Assembly: GCF_006345805.1 (NCBI RefSeq)
Contig: NC_042997.1
Coordinates: 43,834,001-43,898,000 of the forward strand
Direction: 5' to 3'
DNA from: Octopus sinensis
Lineage: Eukaryota
DNA: 64,000 nucleotides
Numbering within the stretch: the stretch's first letter is position 1; the number at the start of each line of letters is the position of its first letter. Positions 1-12,230 of this stretch are shown here, one piece after another. The notes below the pieces were generated by a model. The model was not told the origin of the DNA. It worked only from the letters and a program-made list of their open reading frames with translations, and did no database searches. The position numbers and the translations under genes are program-made.

Positions 1-75
1 ACAAACACAGACAATAGGTAAGAGCTAGATATGCTCAGTATAGCAAAATCATATTAGTGTTCAAGTGAATTGAAC

Positions 76-125
76 TTAAACTTTGAACTCTTCATCCCGG
101 ACTAGGTCCACTGCATCACGAGTGG
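76..125 (-). CDS. Candidate NRAMP terminal exon: (A)TRDAVDLVRDEEFKV-stop
   Basis: tttctcttatag acceptor, phase 1 entry matching the 7278 donor, TAA at 78-76, locally GC-richer; no homology support. Confidence 0.45.
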
Positions 126-1519
126 CTATAAGAGAAATTCAGATGAGCTGATATGGAGATAATGGTGCAGATAAACTCGATTAGGCTTCACACACACTCA
201 CATACTGATATATATATATATATTTAGAGAGAGAGAGACAGAGACATGGATATACATATTTACATATAACTGCATATATATTTCTTTACTACCCACAAGG
301 GGCTAAACATAGAGGGGACAAACAAGGACAGACAAAGGGATTAAGTCGATTACGTCGACCCACTGCAAAACTGGTACTTTATTTATCGACCCCGAGAGGA
401 TGAAAGGCAAAGTTGACCTCGGCGTAATTTGAACTCAGAATGCAACGACAGACTAAAAACGGCTACGCATTTCGCCCGGCGTGCTAACGATTCTGCCAGC
501 TCGCCGCCTTAAATAACTGCATATAGTCATAAAGACAAACACATACATAGAGCAGAGAAAATGCAGAAAAGAAAATGTAAAGCTTCTTAAATGCAAGGTA
601 GGGAGAAAGAGGAGGATTTTTGTGACATAGGGGGTTGGTGATGTCTGCTTTCCCTGCTGGCATGAGGAGGACAGTCTGACAAGATTCAATGGGTCGAAAG
701 ACCTTGTCTTCCTCCAATGTCTCATTTTTGGCATGATTTGTACAATTGGAAGCTCTTCTGACCATACCAGCCACTCTACAAAGTGTACTGGGTACATCCT
801 TTGTGGCACCAGCACTGTTGGTGTCCCTGCCAATTTGCAAAGTGAAAAAGAGCCCCCCTCCCCGCTTCACTGCACTTTTCTTGGCAACCCCACTAGTGTG
901 GCTGCCTTGTAACTAACAACACTAAAGAATCCCCTTACCTGAGAGGGAGAATAGGAGGTAGAGGGGTTGATTTATGCAAGGTGTTGAGAGGTTATTTTAT
1001 GATGGGAGAAGTAGAGGCAGGTTTGTTGTGGAGGAGATTCAGGGCTATTCAACATGGGTGGCTGGAGTGCCACAAAGAGGTAAATGTGGTGAAGTGCCAG
1101 AACATATCCTGAAGGTGAAATGTCTAAGAAAGTGAACAGAAGAGAGCAAGGAGACAGAAGAATCACAGGGATGGATTAGGTTGCAGAGTATGAGGGGAGA
1201 GTGAGAGATGGGAAGTGGTCAGGTGAATGTGAACAGGGAGGGTGGTGAGCTGGCAGAATCATTAGCATGGCGGCCATAATGCTTATTTCGTCTACAGCTA
1301 TGTTCTAAGTTCAAATTCCACTGAGGTCAACTTTGCCTTTTATCCTTTCGGGGTTGATTAAATAAGTACTGGTTACGCACTAGAGTCAATGTAATTGACT
1401 TACTCCCTTTCTGTCCTTGTTTGTCTCCTCTATGTTTAGCCCCCTGTGGGCAATAAAAAAAATAAATATATAGAGAACAGAGGTGAGGTGATGGATAAGT
1501 GAAGGAGACATACATACAT

Positions 1520-2809
1520 GCATGGCTGTATGGTTAGTAAGTAGAAAAGCAGACAAATCGCAAATTCCTTCAAGTAGAAGGAATTTGTGATCTGTAGAAT
1601 TTGCTCGATCTGTAGAAAAGGCATAGGTAGAAACCCCATAAGATGCATCCAATGTAAGCTTTGGACACATAAAAGGTACAGCAATATTAGGGCAAGGTTA
1701 ACAGGGAAACTAGCTTTTGAATTTGGAAGATGCACAGGTACAATAAATGCTGAAAATGTGCAGAAAATAGACTTCCTCAACTGTTAGGGGGGCAAGCTAG
1801 ATGTAGTAGTTAGTTTCCGTTATCTAGGGGACCAAGTTAGTAGTGGAGGTGGATACTTTGAGAGTGTGACTGTGAGAATAAGATTAGGCTGGGCAAAGTT
1901 CAGAGAGCTCTTACCCCTTCGGGCCTCTTTCTCAGAGTAAAAAGGCAGATTGTATGATGTCTGTGTGCAAACAGCTATGCTACATGGCAGTGGGCTGTGA
2001 CAGCTGAGGGCATGCGTAGGATTGAAAGAAATGAAGCTAGTATGCTTCGCTAGATGTGCAATGTCAGTGTACATGTTCGACAATGTAAGCATCTTGAGAG
2101 AAAAGTTAGGCATAAGAGGCATCAGATGTGGTGTGCAAGAGAGACTGCACTGGTATGGTCATGTGATGTATGGATGAGGACAGCTGTGTAAAGAAGCGCC
2201 GATCTTTGTGGAGGGAACCTGTGGTAGAGATAGACCCAGGAAGACATGCAACAAAGTGGAGAAGCATGATCTTCAAACTTTGAGCTTCACACAGGCAATG
2301 ACTAGTGACAGACTTTTAGTGATATGCTGTGCTTGAGAAGACCCGTCAAGCCAAGTGAAATCATAGCTGATGTTGGTATTACACAACTGGATGTGTTGGT
2401 GGCACGTAAAGAGCACCTTCCGAGCATTGGGCCACAGAGAGGCAAAGTGGCTGAGTTCCTTTCAAGCACTGGGCCTCGCCTGAGAGATGCAAAGTTGTTG
2501 AGTTCTATTTAAGCGTTGGGCCTCACAGAGACGATGATCGAAACCTTAGGCAATATGTCGTGATTGAGAAGAAGACCCATCAAGCCAAACAAAATTGCAG
2601 TTGTGCCAGTGGCACATAAAAGCACCCATTACACTCTCAAAGTGGTTGGTGTTAGGAAGGGCATCCAGCTGTAGAAAACCATGCCAAATCAGACTGGAGT
2701 TTGATTTGTCATGGTTTCCATGGCAGGATGCCCTTCCTAATGCCAACAACTCTGAAAGTGTAATGGATGCTTTTATGTGCCACCACAGGGGTGCCAGTTA
2801 CATGACACC

Positions 2810-2810
<1 letters not shown>
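1520..2810 (+). mobile_element. Same RTE LINE family, 3' portion
   Basis: CSICRKGIGRNPIRC...SFRYLGDQV...WAKFRELL and the shared 3' UTR. Confidence 0.85.
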
Positions 2811-2855
<45 letters not shown>

Positions 2856-3089
2856 CATACATACATACATACATACATCATCATCGTTTAGCGTCCGTTA
2901 AACGATGATGATGATGATGTATGTATGTATATATATATATATACACATATATATACATACACACATATATATACATACATACACACATATATATACATAC
3001 ATACATACACACATATATACATACATACATACACACATACATACACACATATATATATATACATACACACACACACATATATATGTATG

Positions 3090-3131
<42 letters not shown>

Positions 3132-3145
3132 CATACATATATATT
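2811..3145. repeat. Compound (TG)/(TA)/(TACA) microsatellite
   Basis: Direct inspection; generates spurious ORFs. Confidence 0.95.
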
Positions 3146-4160
3146 TATAAATAAGGATATCGATATTTAAATATCGATCTTATCAAGTGGCCAGCATGGG
3201 AATAAATACCATACAAAGGTAATAATTATTTAAAACTTTGGCATGGGTGGTATCTCGCGGATACCCTTATGTTTGTGCATCCTTGTTTTGGCATCTTGAT
3301 GGTTGTAAACAAGTATCACCATCATGCAAACAATATTCATTCCCAGTTTTTTTATATAAAAAAATAACAAATCTGGTCATAATGAAATGTTACTTTACTT
3401 GGAAACAGATGTGGGCTGGCAATAAGAGCAGAAAATCTTCCTCAACAAATTCAGTCTGAACCATGGAAAAGTGGACATTAAGATTTTTTTTTCTTTTCGA
3501 CCAGTCCATCAGATGTAGTTACACATCGCTGGTCACAATGCGCTTGCATTGTTTTAGCCTCCGAATGACGCCACCCCGCTGGCTAAGCGAGCAGGCCAAC
3601 AGAAGAAAAAGTGGGAGAAAGAGTGGTGAAAGAGTACAGCAGGGATCACCACCCCCTACCGGAGCCTTGTAGAGCTTTTAGGTGTTTTTTCGCTCAATAA
3701 ACACTCACAACGCCCGGTCTGGGAATCGAAACCGCGATCCTGCGACCGCGAGTCTGCTGCCCTAACCACTAGGCCATTGCGCCTCCACATATATATATAT
3801 ATATATCTTCCATACACATCTGCTATTCAGAGCAAGGTGAATTGGGTCAACTCAAATTGTCTTCGCTATAAACCTAGCACAGCATTGAAGAGGCAATTAA
3901 AAACATGTCAAGTTTAATGCAGCATTTATGGCACTTGACAGATTATATAATAATTTTGTTGGTATTCTTGACCCTGCAGTTACATAAGTTGACAATAAAA
4001 GAGATGTGCAATTAAAAATAAATATAAAAATAAGCAGGAAGAAAAAGCAAAACATCTGTCAAATGTACCACAATTAACATTGGTGAAGGCAGCTGTTTTA
4101 CAGATGTAACTCACATGTGGTATGTGACTGACCAACATCATTCATCAACCTAACTGGGAT

Positions 4161-4530
4161 GGAAGCACTCCGTCGGTTACGACGACGAGGGTTCCGGTTG
4201 ATCCGAATCAACGGAACAGCCTGCTCGTGAAATTAACGTGTAAGTGGCTGAGCACTCCACAGACACGTGTACCCTTAACGTAGTTCTCGGGGATATTCAG
4301 CGTGACACAAAGAGTGACAAGGCCGGCCCTTTGAAATACAGGTACAACAGAAACAGGAAGTAAGAGTGAGAGAAAGTTGTGGTGAAAGAGTACAGCAGGG
4401 ATCACCACCATCCCCTGCCAGAGCCTTGTGGAGCTTTTAGGTGTTTTCCCTCAATAAACACTCATAACGCCCGGTCTGGGAATCGAAACCGCGAGTCCGC
4501 TGCCCTAACCACTGGGCCATTGCGCCTCCA
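4161..4530 (-). mobile_element. tRNA-derived SINE family A (tail type 1), full length with TSD; others at 29731-30110 (-), 53835-54160 (-), 59142-59527 (+)
   Basis: Head GGAGGCGCAATGGCCCAGTGGTTAGGGC...GGTTTCGATTCC with A and B boxes; TSD tcaacctaactg(g)gat. Confidence 0.88.
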
Positions 4531-5099
4531 CTCAACCTAACTGGATCTTCAGAGAAGAGATCATGGCATGCAGGATCCAACTCATAAATCAAACAAATGA
4601 CCAAATAGTTTAAGTTCCTGAATCATACAAAGAACAGTATGCATACCAGTTTCTGAGTATGGTCACTGGTTGGATACAAAATCTGACCAATGGTAAGCCA
4701 TAATCCTGCAAAGCATCCCAATACCAAAGGAGTTGTCTTTGAGGGATTACACATCATTTCAAAATAATTCAAAGGACTTTTAGTCGTTTGAATAATCATA
4801 TTCAACAAATAGACTTTATGTTTGATTTCCTCCTCTCTCAAAGATTCCTTATCTTGCAAGTCACTTAGCGACTCTGCCAGTGTAAAGTGGTTGGCATTTG
4901 GAAGGGCGTCCAGCTGTAAAATCCATGCCAAAACTGACCATGCCTGTGCTGGTTAAACGTAAAAAGCACTGTCCACTTTGTGAGGTGGTTGGTGTTAGGA
5001 AGGGCATCTGGCCGTAAAAGCCATGCCAAAAGACATGGCAGTCTGGTGCAATCTTCTGCCTGGCTGGCTCCGGTCAAACTGGAAGGAGTAATGGGGGTA

Positions 5100-5870
5100 A
5101 TACTGCCAGAGGAGAGATTAGGGATGGGGCTAGGCTGGTCTATGTTATTTACATTATTATTACTATTTCTATTGTTGTTGTTATTTATCCTATCTGTAAT
5201 AGTTTTGGTAGTAGTATTCTGGTTAGTGTTAGTGGGATTGGTAGGGTTTCTGTTGTGGACTAAAGATTAGGGTTCAGTATTGGAGCTATGTATATGTTGG
5301 GCACTTATGTATTCAGAGTTGTTACAATGTAAGTTTTTATAATAAAGTTTTTGTTTATTAGAGGTTGTTATGACAGACTCAAAGTTGGGCGAGGAGGAGT
5401 GGAATAACTTTAAGGTAGATCTATTAAAAATAGAGTAAAATTTATGTTGACAAGGGAAGTTGGAGTCCTGTATATTAAAAGGGATTTAGCTAAGTTCTTA
5501 AGGTTTAGTGAGAAAGCAGGGTGTATACCATAGAATAGAGCATCCACTGCTTTTTTTTGGGGGGGGGGGTTAAGGGTAGTGTTATCTATATTTTTAGAAA
5601 TTAGAGGGGGGGGGGTAATACGGCCCGTTATTTTTAGCTGTTTTAGCTTTTGACCTAGTGTTATGTGTGCGTGTGAGGTCTAAGTTGTCTTAATCTGGGT
5701 TCTCCTGGGGTTCTAGTATAGTGTATGTATGGTCTGTTGTGATTCTGGTGGTTGGAAAGTTGTTGTGATAGGATTTGAGATATATGTTGCTTGAACCTAG
5801 TATTAGGGATGTATTTTATTTGTTGGGAGAAGCTGCTGGCAGTGAGCACTTAGTTGTAATATGGGGCCAT
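5100..5870 (-). mobile_element. Degenerate Penelope-like element fragment (RT C-terminus and linker)
   Basis: Minus-strand translation WYTPCFSLNLKN...IFNRSTLKLFHSSSPNFESVITTSNKQKL resembles the PLE WFNPPYS...IFNRNTVKVSYSCMPN segment; strong strand skew. Confidence 0.65.
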
Positions 5871-6259
5871 TCTGGGACTACCTGCCCTCTACAAATCTAT
5901 TGCGGAAGCTCTAATGTAATTTATAAATGCACCATCCTCAACACATCACACAATTCTATTACCATATATATAGGATCAACTATAAATTTTAAACAATGAT
6001 TCACTGCGCATCTCAATTCTTTCAGATACGAGAAACCATCTTTGAAATGATCCCACTTAAATTCTTTACTTATAAATCTTCCACTCTCTTATATATGTTT
6101 TATATTTTTTGTTATTTTTTTCTTTTCTTATATTCCTAATGTTTCTTCACAATTATATTCTTCACTCAAACTAGGCTCTCTACACATTCTGATCGAATGT
6201 TCTGTGTGTAAACTTTATCAAATCAAGACACCCTTGACCTGAAGAATAGTCGGTGGTAT

Positions 6260-7005
6260 ATACCTCATTTGGAAGGCACATGTGTAGTGTGTCATCATTG
6301 CATTAACCTTGACAGAGAAAGTGGTCATGATGATTCCTGCCCAGAAGCCTTTGCAAAATTGCAGAAAGTGTATGGAGAGGAGTATTTGAGCTGCACATGA
6401 GTGTATGAGTGGTCCAGACGTTTCAAAGATGGTTGAAATATCAATAATGACAAACATTCTGGGAGACCCACAACCAGCAGAAATGAGAAAAACATTGCAG
6501 ACGTGTGTGCAGCAGTGAGGGGAAATTGTCAAGTCACCATCTGTGAGTTAGCAGAAGATGTGCAGATAAGTTACGGTTCAGATGTCCATTATCATTGAAG
6601 ATTTGGGTATGAGACACATGTCTCCTAAGTTTGTGCCAAAACTGCTTTCAGCTGACCAAAGAGACACTCGGGTTTCAGTTGCACAAGGTCTCCTTGATCG
6701 TGTTGAGAACGATGAAAAGTTTTTGAAAACCAAGTAGAGACCTCTGAGCAGGTATCACCAAGATTTTGACAAACTTTGATGTAGATTCTCTGCTCAACTT
6801 TCTCTGTCATGATCAATGCAATGATCACACACTACACACCTTCCTTCCAAGCACTGCTGTCAACAGTAGAGGTGAGCTAGAATGTTAAAACTTACTGCGC
6901 ATGCACAGCAGAGTTCAAGGTCATTCTGTGCCAAGCAGCTTAACTCTGCAAGCTTTAGCTTCATTACTATGGCAACAGTCTGGATACTTATTGATCAGGC
7001 CATGT
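6260..7005. mobile_element. Two converging mariner 5' fragments
   Basis: Plus strand VYEWSRRFKDG...SGRPTTS...KFVPKLL (6290-6730); minus strand TIR tacatggcctgatcaataagtatccagactg plus MTEKVEQRIYIK (7005-6740). Confidence 0.75.
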
Positions 7006-7277
7006 ACACATATTTTTAACTCTAAGTGAGAAGGTTTTTATACATTTTGTCAGTTAAATGTTAGAGTAATTACTGTTTTACTAATTTTAATATGGGCAAC
7101 TCTGATATAAAGTGGTATCACTTTATACCAGATTTGCCTTGTGTGTGTCTGTGTGTATATATAAGATATTCAGAATCTGATGGACTCAATGTCCCTCAGC
7201 TGTAACTGAGATGAGAAGGACAATACACATTATATACTATTTGTGTGAAAAATCCTAAATGTTAAATTTTAACTTAC

Positions 7278-7338
7278 CTGAAGAAACCTTTTTTTTTCTA
7301 CATGATGTAATTGTTTTGTTCATCAATAAAGAACACGT
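7278..7338 (-). CDS. Candidate NRAMP C-terminal tail exon: TCSLLMNKTITSCRKKKVSS(A)
   Basis: 61 nt of unique sequence between a tgtttcag acceptor and a CAG/GTAAGT donor; open in phase 0 to 1; no homology support. Confidence 0.45.
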
Positions 7339-7373
7339 CTGAAACAGCTGTAGTGAATCTCAGCCCGTCAGTC

Positions 7374-7434
<61 letters not shown>

Positions 7435-7539
7435 AGCACGGTACAATGGCTGTAATGAAATTTGACTACAGTACCTTAATATATTCATCATTTTAGATAT
7501 ATTAATAAAGTTTATTTAAGTATTTTGGATTCTTTGCCA

Positions 7540-7950
7540 GCCTAGGCCATTGCCAGTCTCGCCTGGCCCCCATGCCGGTGCCACATAAAAAGCACCATCC
7601 GATCGTGGCCATTGCCAGCCTCGCTTGGCCCCCCTGCCGGTGGCACATAAAAAGCACCATCCGATCGTAGCCGTTGCCAGCCTCGCCTGGCCCCCTTGCT
7701 GGTGGCACATAAAAAGCACCATCCGATTGTGGCCGTTGCCAGCCTCGCCTGGCACCTGTGCGGGTGGCACGTAAAAAGCACCCACTACACTCACGGAGCG
7801 GTTGGCGTTAGGAAGGGCATCCAGCCATAGAAACACTGCCAGATCAGACTGGGCCTGGTGCAGCCTTCTGGCTTCCCAGACACCAGTTGAACCGTCCAAC
7901 CCATGCTAGCATGGAAAGCGGACGCTAAACGATGATGATGATGATGATGA
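7540..7950 (+). mobile_element. RTE-associated 3' end with about 61-bp tandem units and a (GAT)n tail; other copies at 18665-19025 (+), 35100-35400 (-), 51410-51760 (-), 52340-52720 (-), 60560-61125 (-), 62400-62745 (+)
   Basis: Shared ggcgttaggaagggcatccagc...ccgtccaacccatgctagcatggaaagcggacgttaaacgatgatg terminus. Confidence 0.8.
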
Positions 7951-8913
7951 TTAAAGCATTCTTTAAACTGACAAGACGCGTGATTAAGAAGTTTGCATTG
8001 GAACCATAGGGTTTCTCGTTCAGTCTCACTATGCACAAGCATGTCATGTGTGTGTGTGTGAGAGATTTTGTGTATTTGTGCCCCTCTACTTGACAACTGG
8101 TGTTCATTCATGTACATCCTCCATAACTTAGCAGTTTGACAAAAAAGACCAATAAAATAAGTACCAGATTTAAAAAAAAAAAAGCTAACTAATGGGATTG
8201 ATTTGTTCAACTAAACCATTTAAGGTGGTGCTCCATCATGGCTGCAGTCTAATAGCTTAAATAAATCAAAGATAAAAGCGGAATCTTATAAGCATCTCTT
8301 TACATAAATTCCCATGTTCTGGTAAACATCAAGGAAGGCAATGCACCAATAAAGCAAGAAAATCAATAAAGTTATCTGGTTATCTGGCCAACAAGTGCAT
8401 TATTGATAGAATGTATTGAACCAATGATCACTACTATTTTCATTATGTAATCACATTTTGCCAGATATCTTACTCTTTTACTTGTCTCAGTCATTTGACT
8501 GTGGCCGTGCTGGAGCACCACCTCAGAAGGTCTTAGTCGAAGAAATCGACCCCAGGACTTATTCTTTGTAGGCCCAGTACTTATTCTATCAAATCCACTC
8601 CCAAGGCTTTGGTTGGCCCGAGGCTATAGTAGAAGACACTTACCCAAGGTGCCACACAGTGGGACTGAACCTGGAACCATGTGGTTGGGAAGCAAGCTTC
8701 TTACCACACAGTCATGCCTGCACCAATATTTACATTTTCGTCATCGTCATCATTTAACATCCATTTTCCCATGCTGGCATGGGTCAGATGGAATTTGTTG
8801 AGGCAGATGCCTTCCCCATCGCCAACCTTCAGAGACAGGAAATGAAGAAGATTGCATAGAAGGCAGTGGACATTTCATTATTAACTATCATATGTGAAGA
8901 CAAGGAGACAGTG

Positions 8914-8944
<31 letters not shown>

Positions 8945-8970
8945 TCTTTCACTTACCACCTATCTGATTC

Positions 8971-9190
8971 ACTTAACCCTTCCCCAGAAATTGCTGGCTT
9001 TGTGTCGAAATTTTGAAATCAACCTTCCACTGCTGCGTGACTAGACTGCTAAAGCTTCGAGAAATCTCAATATATAACATTGAATACTTTTTTTTTCCAT
9101 ATCAGAGAAAATTTTTTATGGCTAAAGTAGACGATGAATGAAGAAGCTGCCTCACTGAGTCATGGATTCTATAAAATCATATACTCTTTT
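8971..9190 (+). repeat. Dispersed duplication of about 220 bp (second copy 12712-12931)
   Basis: High identity with a few substitutions; the core is not part of any TE I recognise. Confidence 0.88.
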
Positions 9191-10574
9191 ACTCTTTTAT
9201 TTGTTTCAGTCATTTGACTGTGGCCATGCTGGAGCATCACCTTTAGTCGAAGCTGTATTAAAAGACACTTACTCAAAGTGCCATGCAGCAGGACTTAACT
9301 TGGGACAGTGTGGTTGGGAGGCAAACATCTTACCTGGCAGGTATGCCCGCATCGATGAGAGTTTGTTTAGAATAATTTTCTTTGATATTTCACTTTGTAC
9401 ACTTACATCATTCAGCATTCTTACATTACGTTTATGAATTTGTGTTGCAAAATTCCTGATGTGAAACTGTATGTTGAAACAAATATTGCATTTCAGGATG
9501 ATCATTTTTTGGGGTTTTTTTTCAAATAAACACACACACTGTATATTCATCATCATCATCATCATCATCATCGTTTAACGATGATGATGATGATGATGAA
9601 TATATAGTGTGTGTGTTTATTTGAAAAAAAAACAAAAAAACACATAGACGTGTACACACATGCACACACACAAATACAGATGCAAATGCATGCTCATATA
9701 AAGATACACATAAATGAACAGAATGGACTCAGCTGAGCAGGAGCACACACAAGGACACAAAGTGTCACTGAAGAGGTCACAGATGTGTGACGAAAGATCC
9801 CTGGACAATGGAACAGTAATAAATGAGTGAAGAATGAATATATAGTCCGTGTGTTTATTTGGAAAAAAAAAATGACCATCCCAAAATACATTCTTACATG
9901 GTTTTTATGATAGACATGAAATGCCAATGGCTTGAAAATATGCAACCAACCATGACAGAGTAAAAATGTTTTATGCCGTGTTTTCCATGTGAAAGATGAA
10001 AGTTTGGAAAAGACAGAATAAGATATTTTTGCCGTTTTCCATTTGTAAAAGTGACAGTTTTAAAAATATTTTCTATTATTTTTTTTTAAATATATATAAA
10101 AATATAATTGTTATTAATTATCATTTACACTTCTGTAAGAGCTAGATAAATTATCTATTGAAATTTCCGAGTTTGCTTTATTATCCAATTCATATTTCAT
10201 ACCAAAGAAATTTGAAAACTGAAAAGAAAAGAAATATATCAATAAATACATAAATAAAATGTAAAACAAATAATACAAAAGTTCTACAAATAGAAGGTAT
10301 TGAATGAATAATAATTATGATATATAAGTTGTTATTAATTTAAATATCATATATTATAATAATGCTACTGGTAATGGCCAAGGCATTAACTTGGTGGTGG
10401 TGGTGTAATGAACGCTGACACAAAGACAAACACACATAAAAGGATATTAATAAAAACCTCACAAAAACCATGTGAAATTCAGCTGCCCAGACTTTCCATA
10501 GTTTTTGTGTGGTTTTTATTAATAATATATTTACTTTCTTAACTGACTAAGTGACGTACTATTTGTTAAACTTT

Positions 10575-11200
10575 ATTTTGCTAAAGTTTTTAATGCTGTG
10601 TCACACAAAAGACTTCTGGCAAAACTCTCTGCAACGGGTGTGAAAGATGATCTTTTTAACTGGTTGGAGTCCTTCATTCTCAGCCGAAAAGAGATAGTCA
10701 CGGTTCTAGGACAGCATTCTTCACTCAATGAAATGACATCTGGTGTACTGCAGAGATCTGCTCTTGGTCCCCTTTTGTTTGTTGCATACATTAATGACTT
10801 AGATGCCAACTAAAAGAATGCCACAGTGCTGAAATATGCAGATAACATCAAGCTGTACCTTGAGATAAAAAGGACAAATCCTGAACACTATAGATCTTTC
10901 CTGCAATCGGACCTGGACACAATGCAACAATGGATCATGGACTGGCAACTTAAGCTGGCTGTGGACAAGTGTACCACCAGGCATTTTGTGAGGAAAAACC
11001 CAGCGTCCACATACTCTCTCCGCAACACTGATATCAAGAAGTCTTCTTGTGAATGTGATCTGGGAATTACTGTCAGCAGTGATTTGTGCTGGACAAAGCA
11101 CCTCTCTAAAATTGTCAAGGAGGCCAAGGGTGTCTTGGCATCACTCAGCAAGACCTTTGTCAGCTGCTCCTCAGCTATCTATTTAAAGCTGTATATGGCC
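10575..11200 (+). mobile_element. CR1/L2-type LINE reverse transcriptase fragment (inactivated)
   Basis: SGVLQRSALGPLLFVAYINDL...KYADNIKLY...WQLKLAVDKC...DLGITVSSDL; in-frame stop. Confidence 0.88.
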
Positions 11201-11279
11201 ATATTAATTTCATCTAAATGCATTACTACTCTAACTTTTAAAGTGTAATTCTTTTTGGGATATATGATCCACTGACAAT

Positions 11280-11338
<59 letters not shown>

Positions 11339-11340
<2 letters not shown>

Positions 11341-12230
11341 AGGGTAATCCCAAAAGTAAAGTCTCCAGATATATTTAGAAATCACAGAAACGTTTATTGT
11401 CAATGATGTTTACATTATTTTAAAGTTTGAACATTTATCTATTTTTCTACATAATCACCGTTTCGGCCGATGCATTTTTGTAGAAGCTGGGGCAGTTTTT
11501 CTTTGCCCATGTCATACCAGCTCACCACCATGTTGTTGAGGAAGTGTTGAATCTCATCTTTTACCTCATCATCGTTGCTGAAATGTGTTTCGGCCAAATG
11601 TTCTTTCAACTTACGAAACAGGTGGTAGTCACTGGGTGCCAAGACCTGACTATAAGGGGGTGTTGCCAATTATGGTCTTCTGGGAACATTCGTGGAACCC
11701 ATCTTGCGCACACCTTCCGATATTGCAACTTTTCACTCAAAACTCTATGAATGGTGCTTCAGGAAACCTCAGGAACCAAAATGCAGAAATCATCCAGAGT
11801 GATCCGCCGATTTTGACTCTGGATTTGCTCAACCTTCATGACTGTCTCATAGGAAATTGATAGTCGCCCGCTTCTTTCTTAGTTATGATTTTTAGTATGA
11901 CCGGCTGCAAGCTCCCTAAACCACTTGTGGACGTTTTTGACATCCATGCATGACTCGCCATACACTTCTGTAAATTGGCGATGAATTTCAATCAGTTTAA
12001 TGCCTTTTGTGTTCAAAAACTGAATAAATGCGCAAACTTCACATTTGGTGGTAGCATCAACCAGGAGCGCCATCAGATACGACTACCAAGCCAAGGCTGA
12101 GCGTAGCAGCGAGGTGCACGCAGGTGCAGACACATGCACAACCAACACAACAGTGTTGCCAATAGCCTCACGCACAGTTTCCCTGCGTCCCCAGCGCTTT
12201 GGAGACCTAACTTTGGGGTTCAACCTTGTA
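11339..12230 (-). mobile_element. Internally deleted mariner transposon
   Basis: TIR pair caagggtaatcccaaaagtaaagtctcc / ggagacctaactttggggttcaaccttgta; PPYSQVLAPSDYHLF catalytic motif; N-terminal HTH segment CEVCAFIQFL...VYGE..VHKW. Confidence 0.9.

Noticed and set aside
453-870. Overlapping 126-aa and 128-aa ORFs
   Set aside because: They run into a SINE and show no recognisable domain; probably retroelement-derived
2881-3170. Stack of ORFs rich in Y/I/H/T/V/C/M
   Set aside because: Translation of TA/TACA/TG microsatellites
4615-4692. Plus-strand exon-like segment PESYKEQYAYQFLSMVTGWIQNLTN with a GTAAGC donor
   Set aside because: No polypyrimidine tract, no partner exons and no recognisable homology
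7540-7780. Regularly spaced repeats that superficially resemble a CRISPR array (also 18670-18860)
   Set aside because: Whole units are repeated with no unique spacers; eukaryotic retroelement 3' UTR; no cas genes
9898-9930. 33-nt exon-like segment PLAFHVYHKNH with AG/GTAAGA
   Set aside because: Donor lies at the edge of a local inverted repeat; frame-neutral, so it cannot be tested by phase; no homology
10340-10414. Alternative terminal exon RSLHHHHQVNALAITSSIIIIYDI-stop
   Set aside because: His run derives from a CCA microsatellite; no homology support
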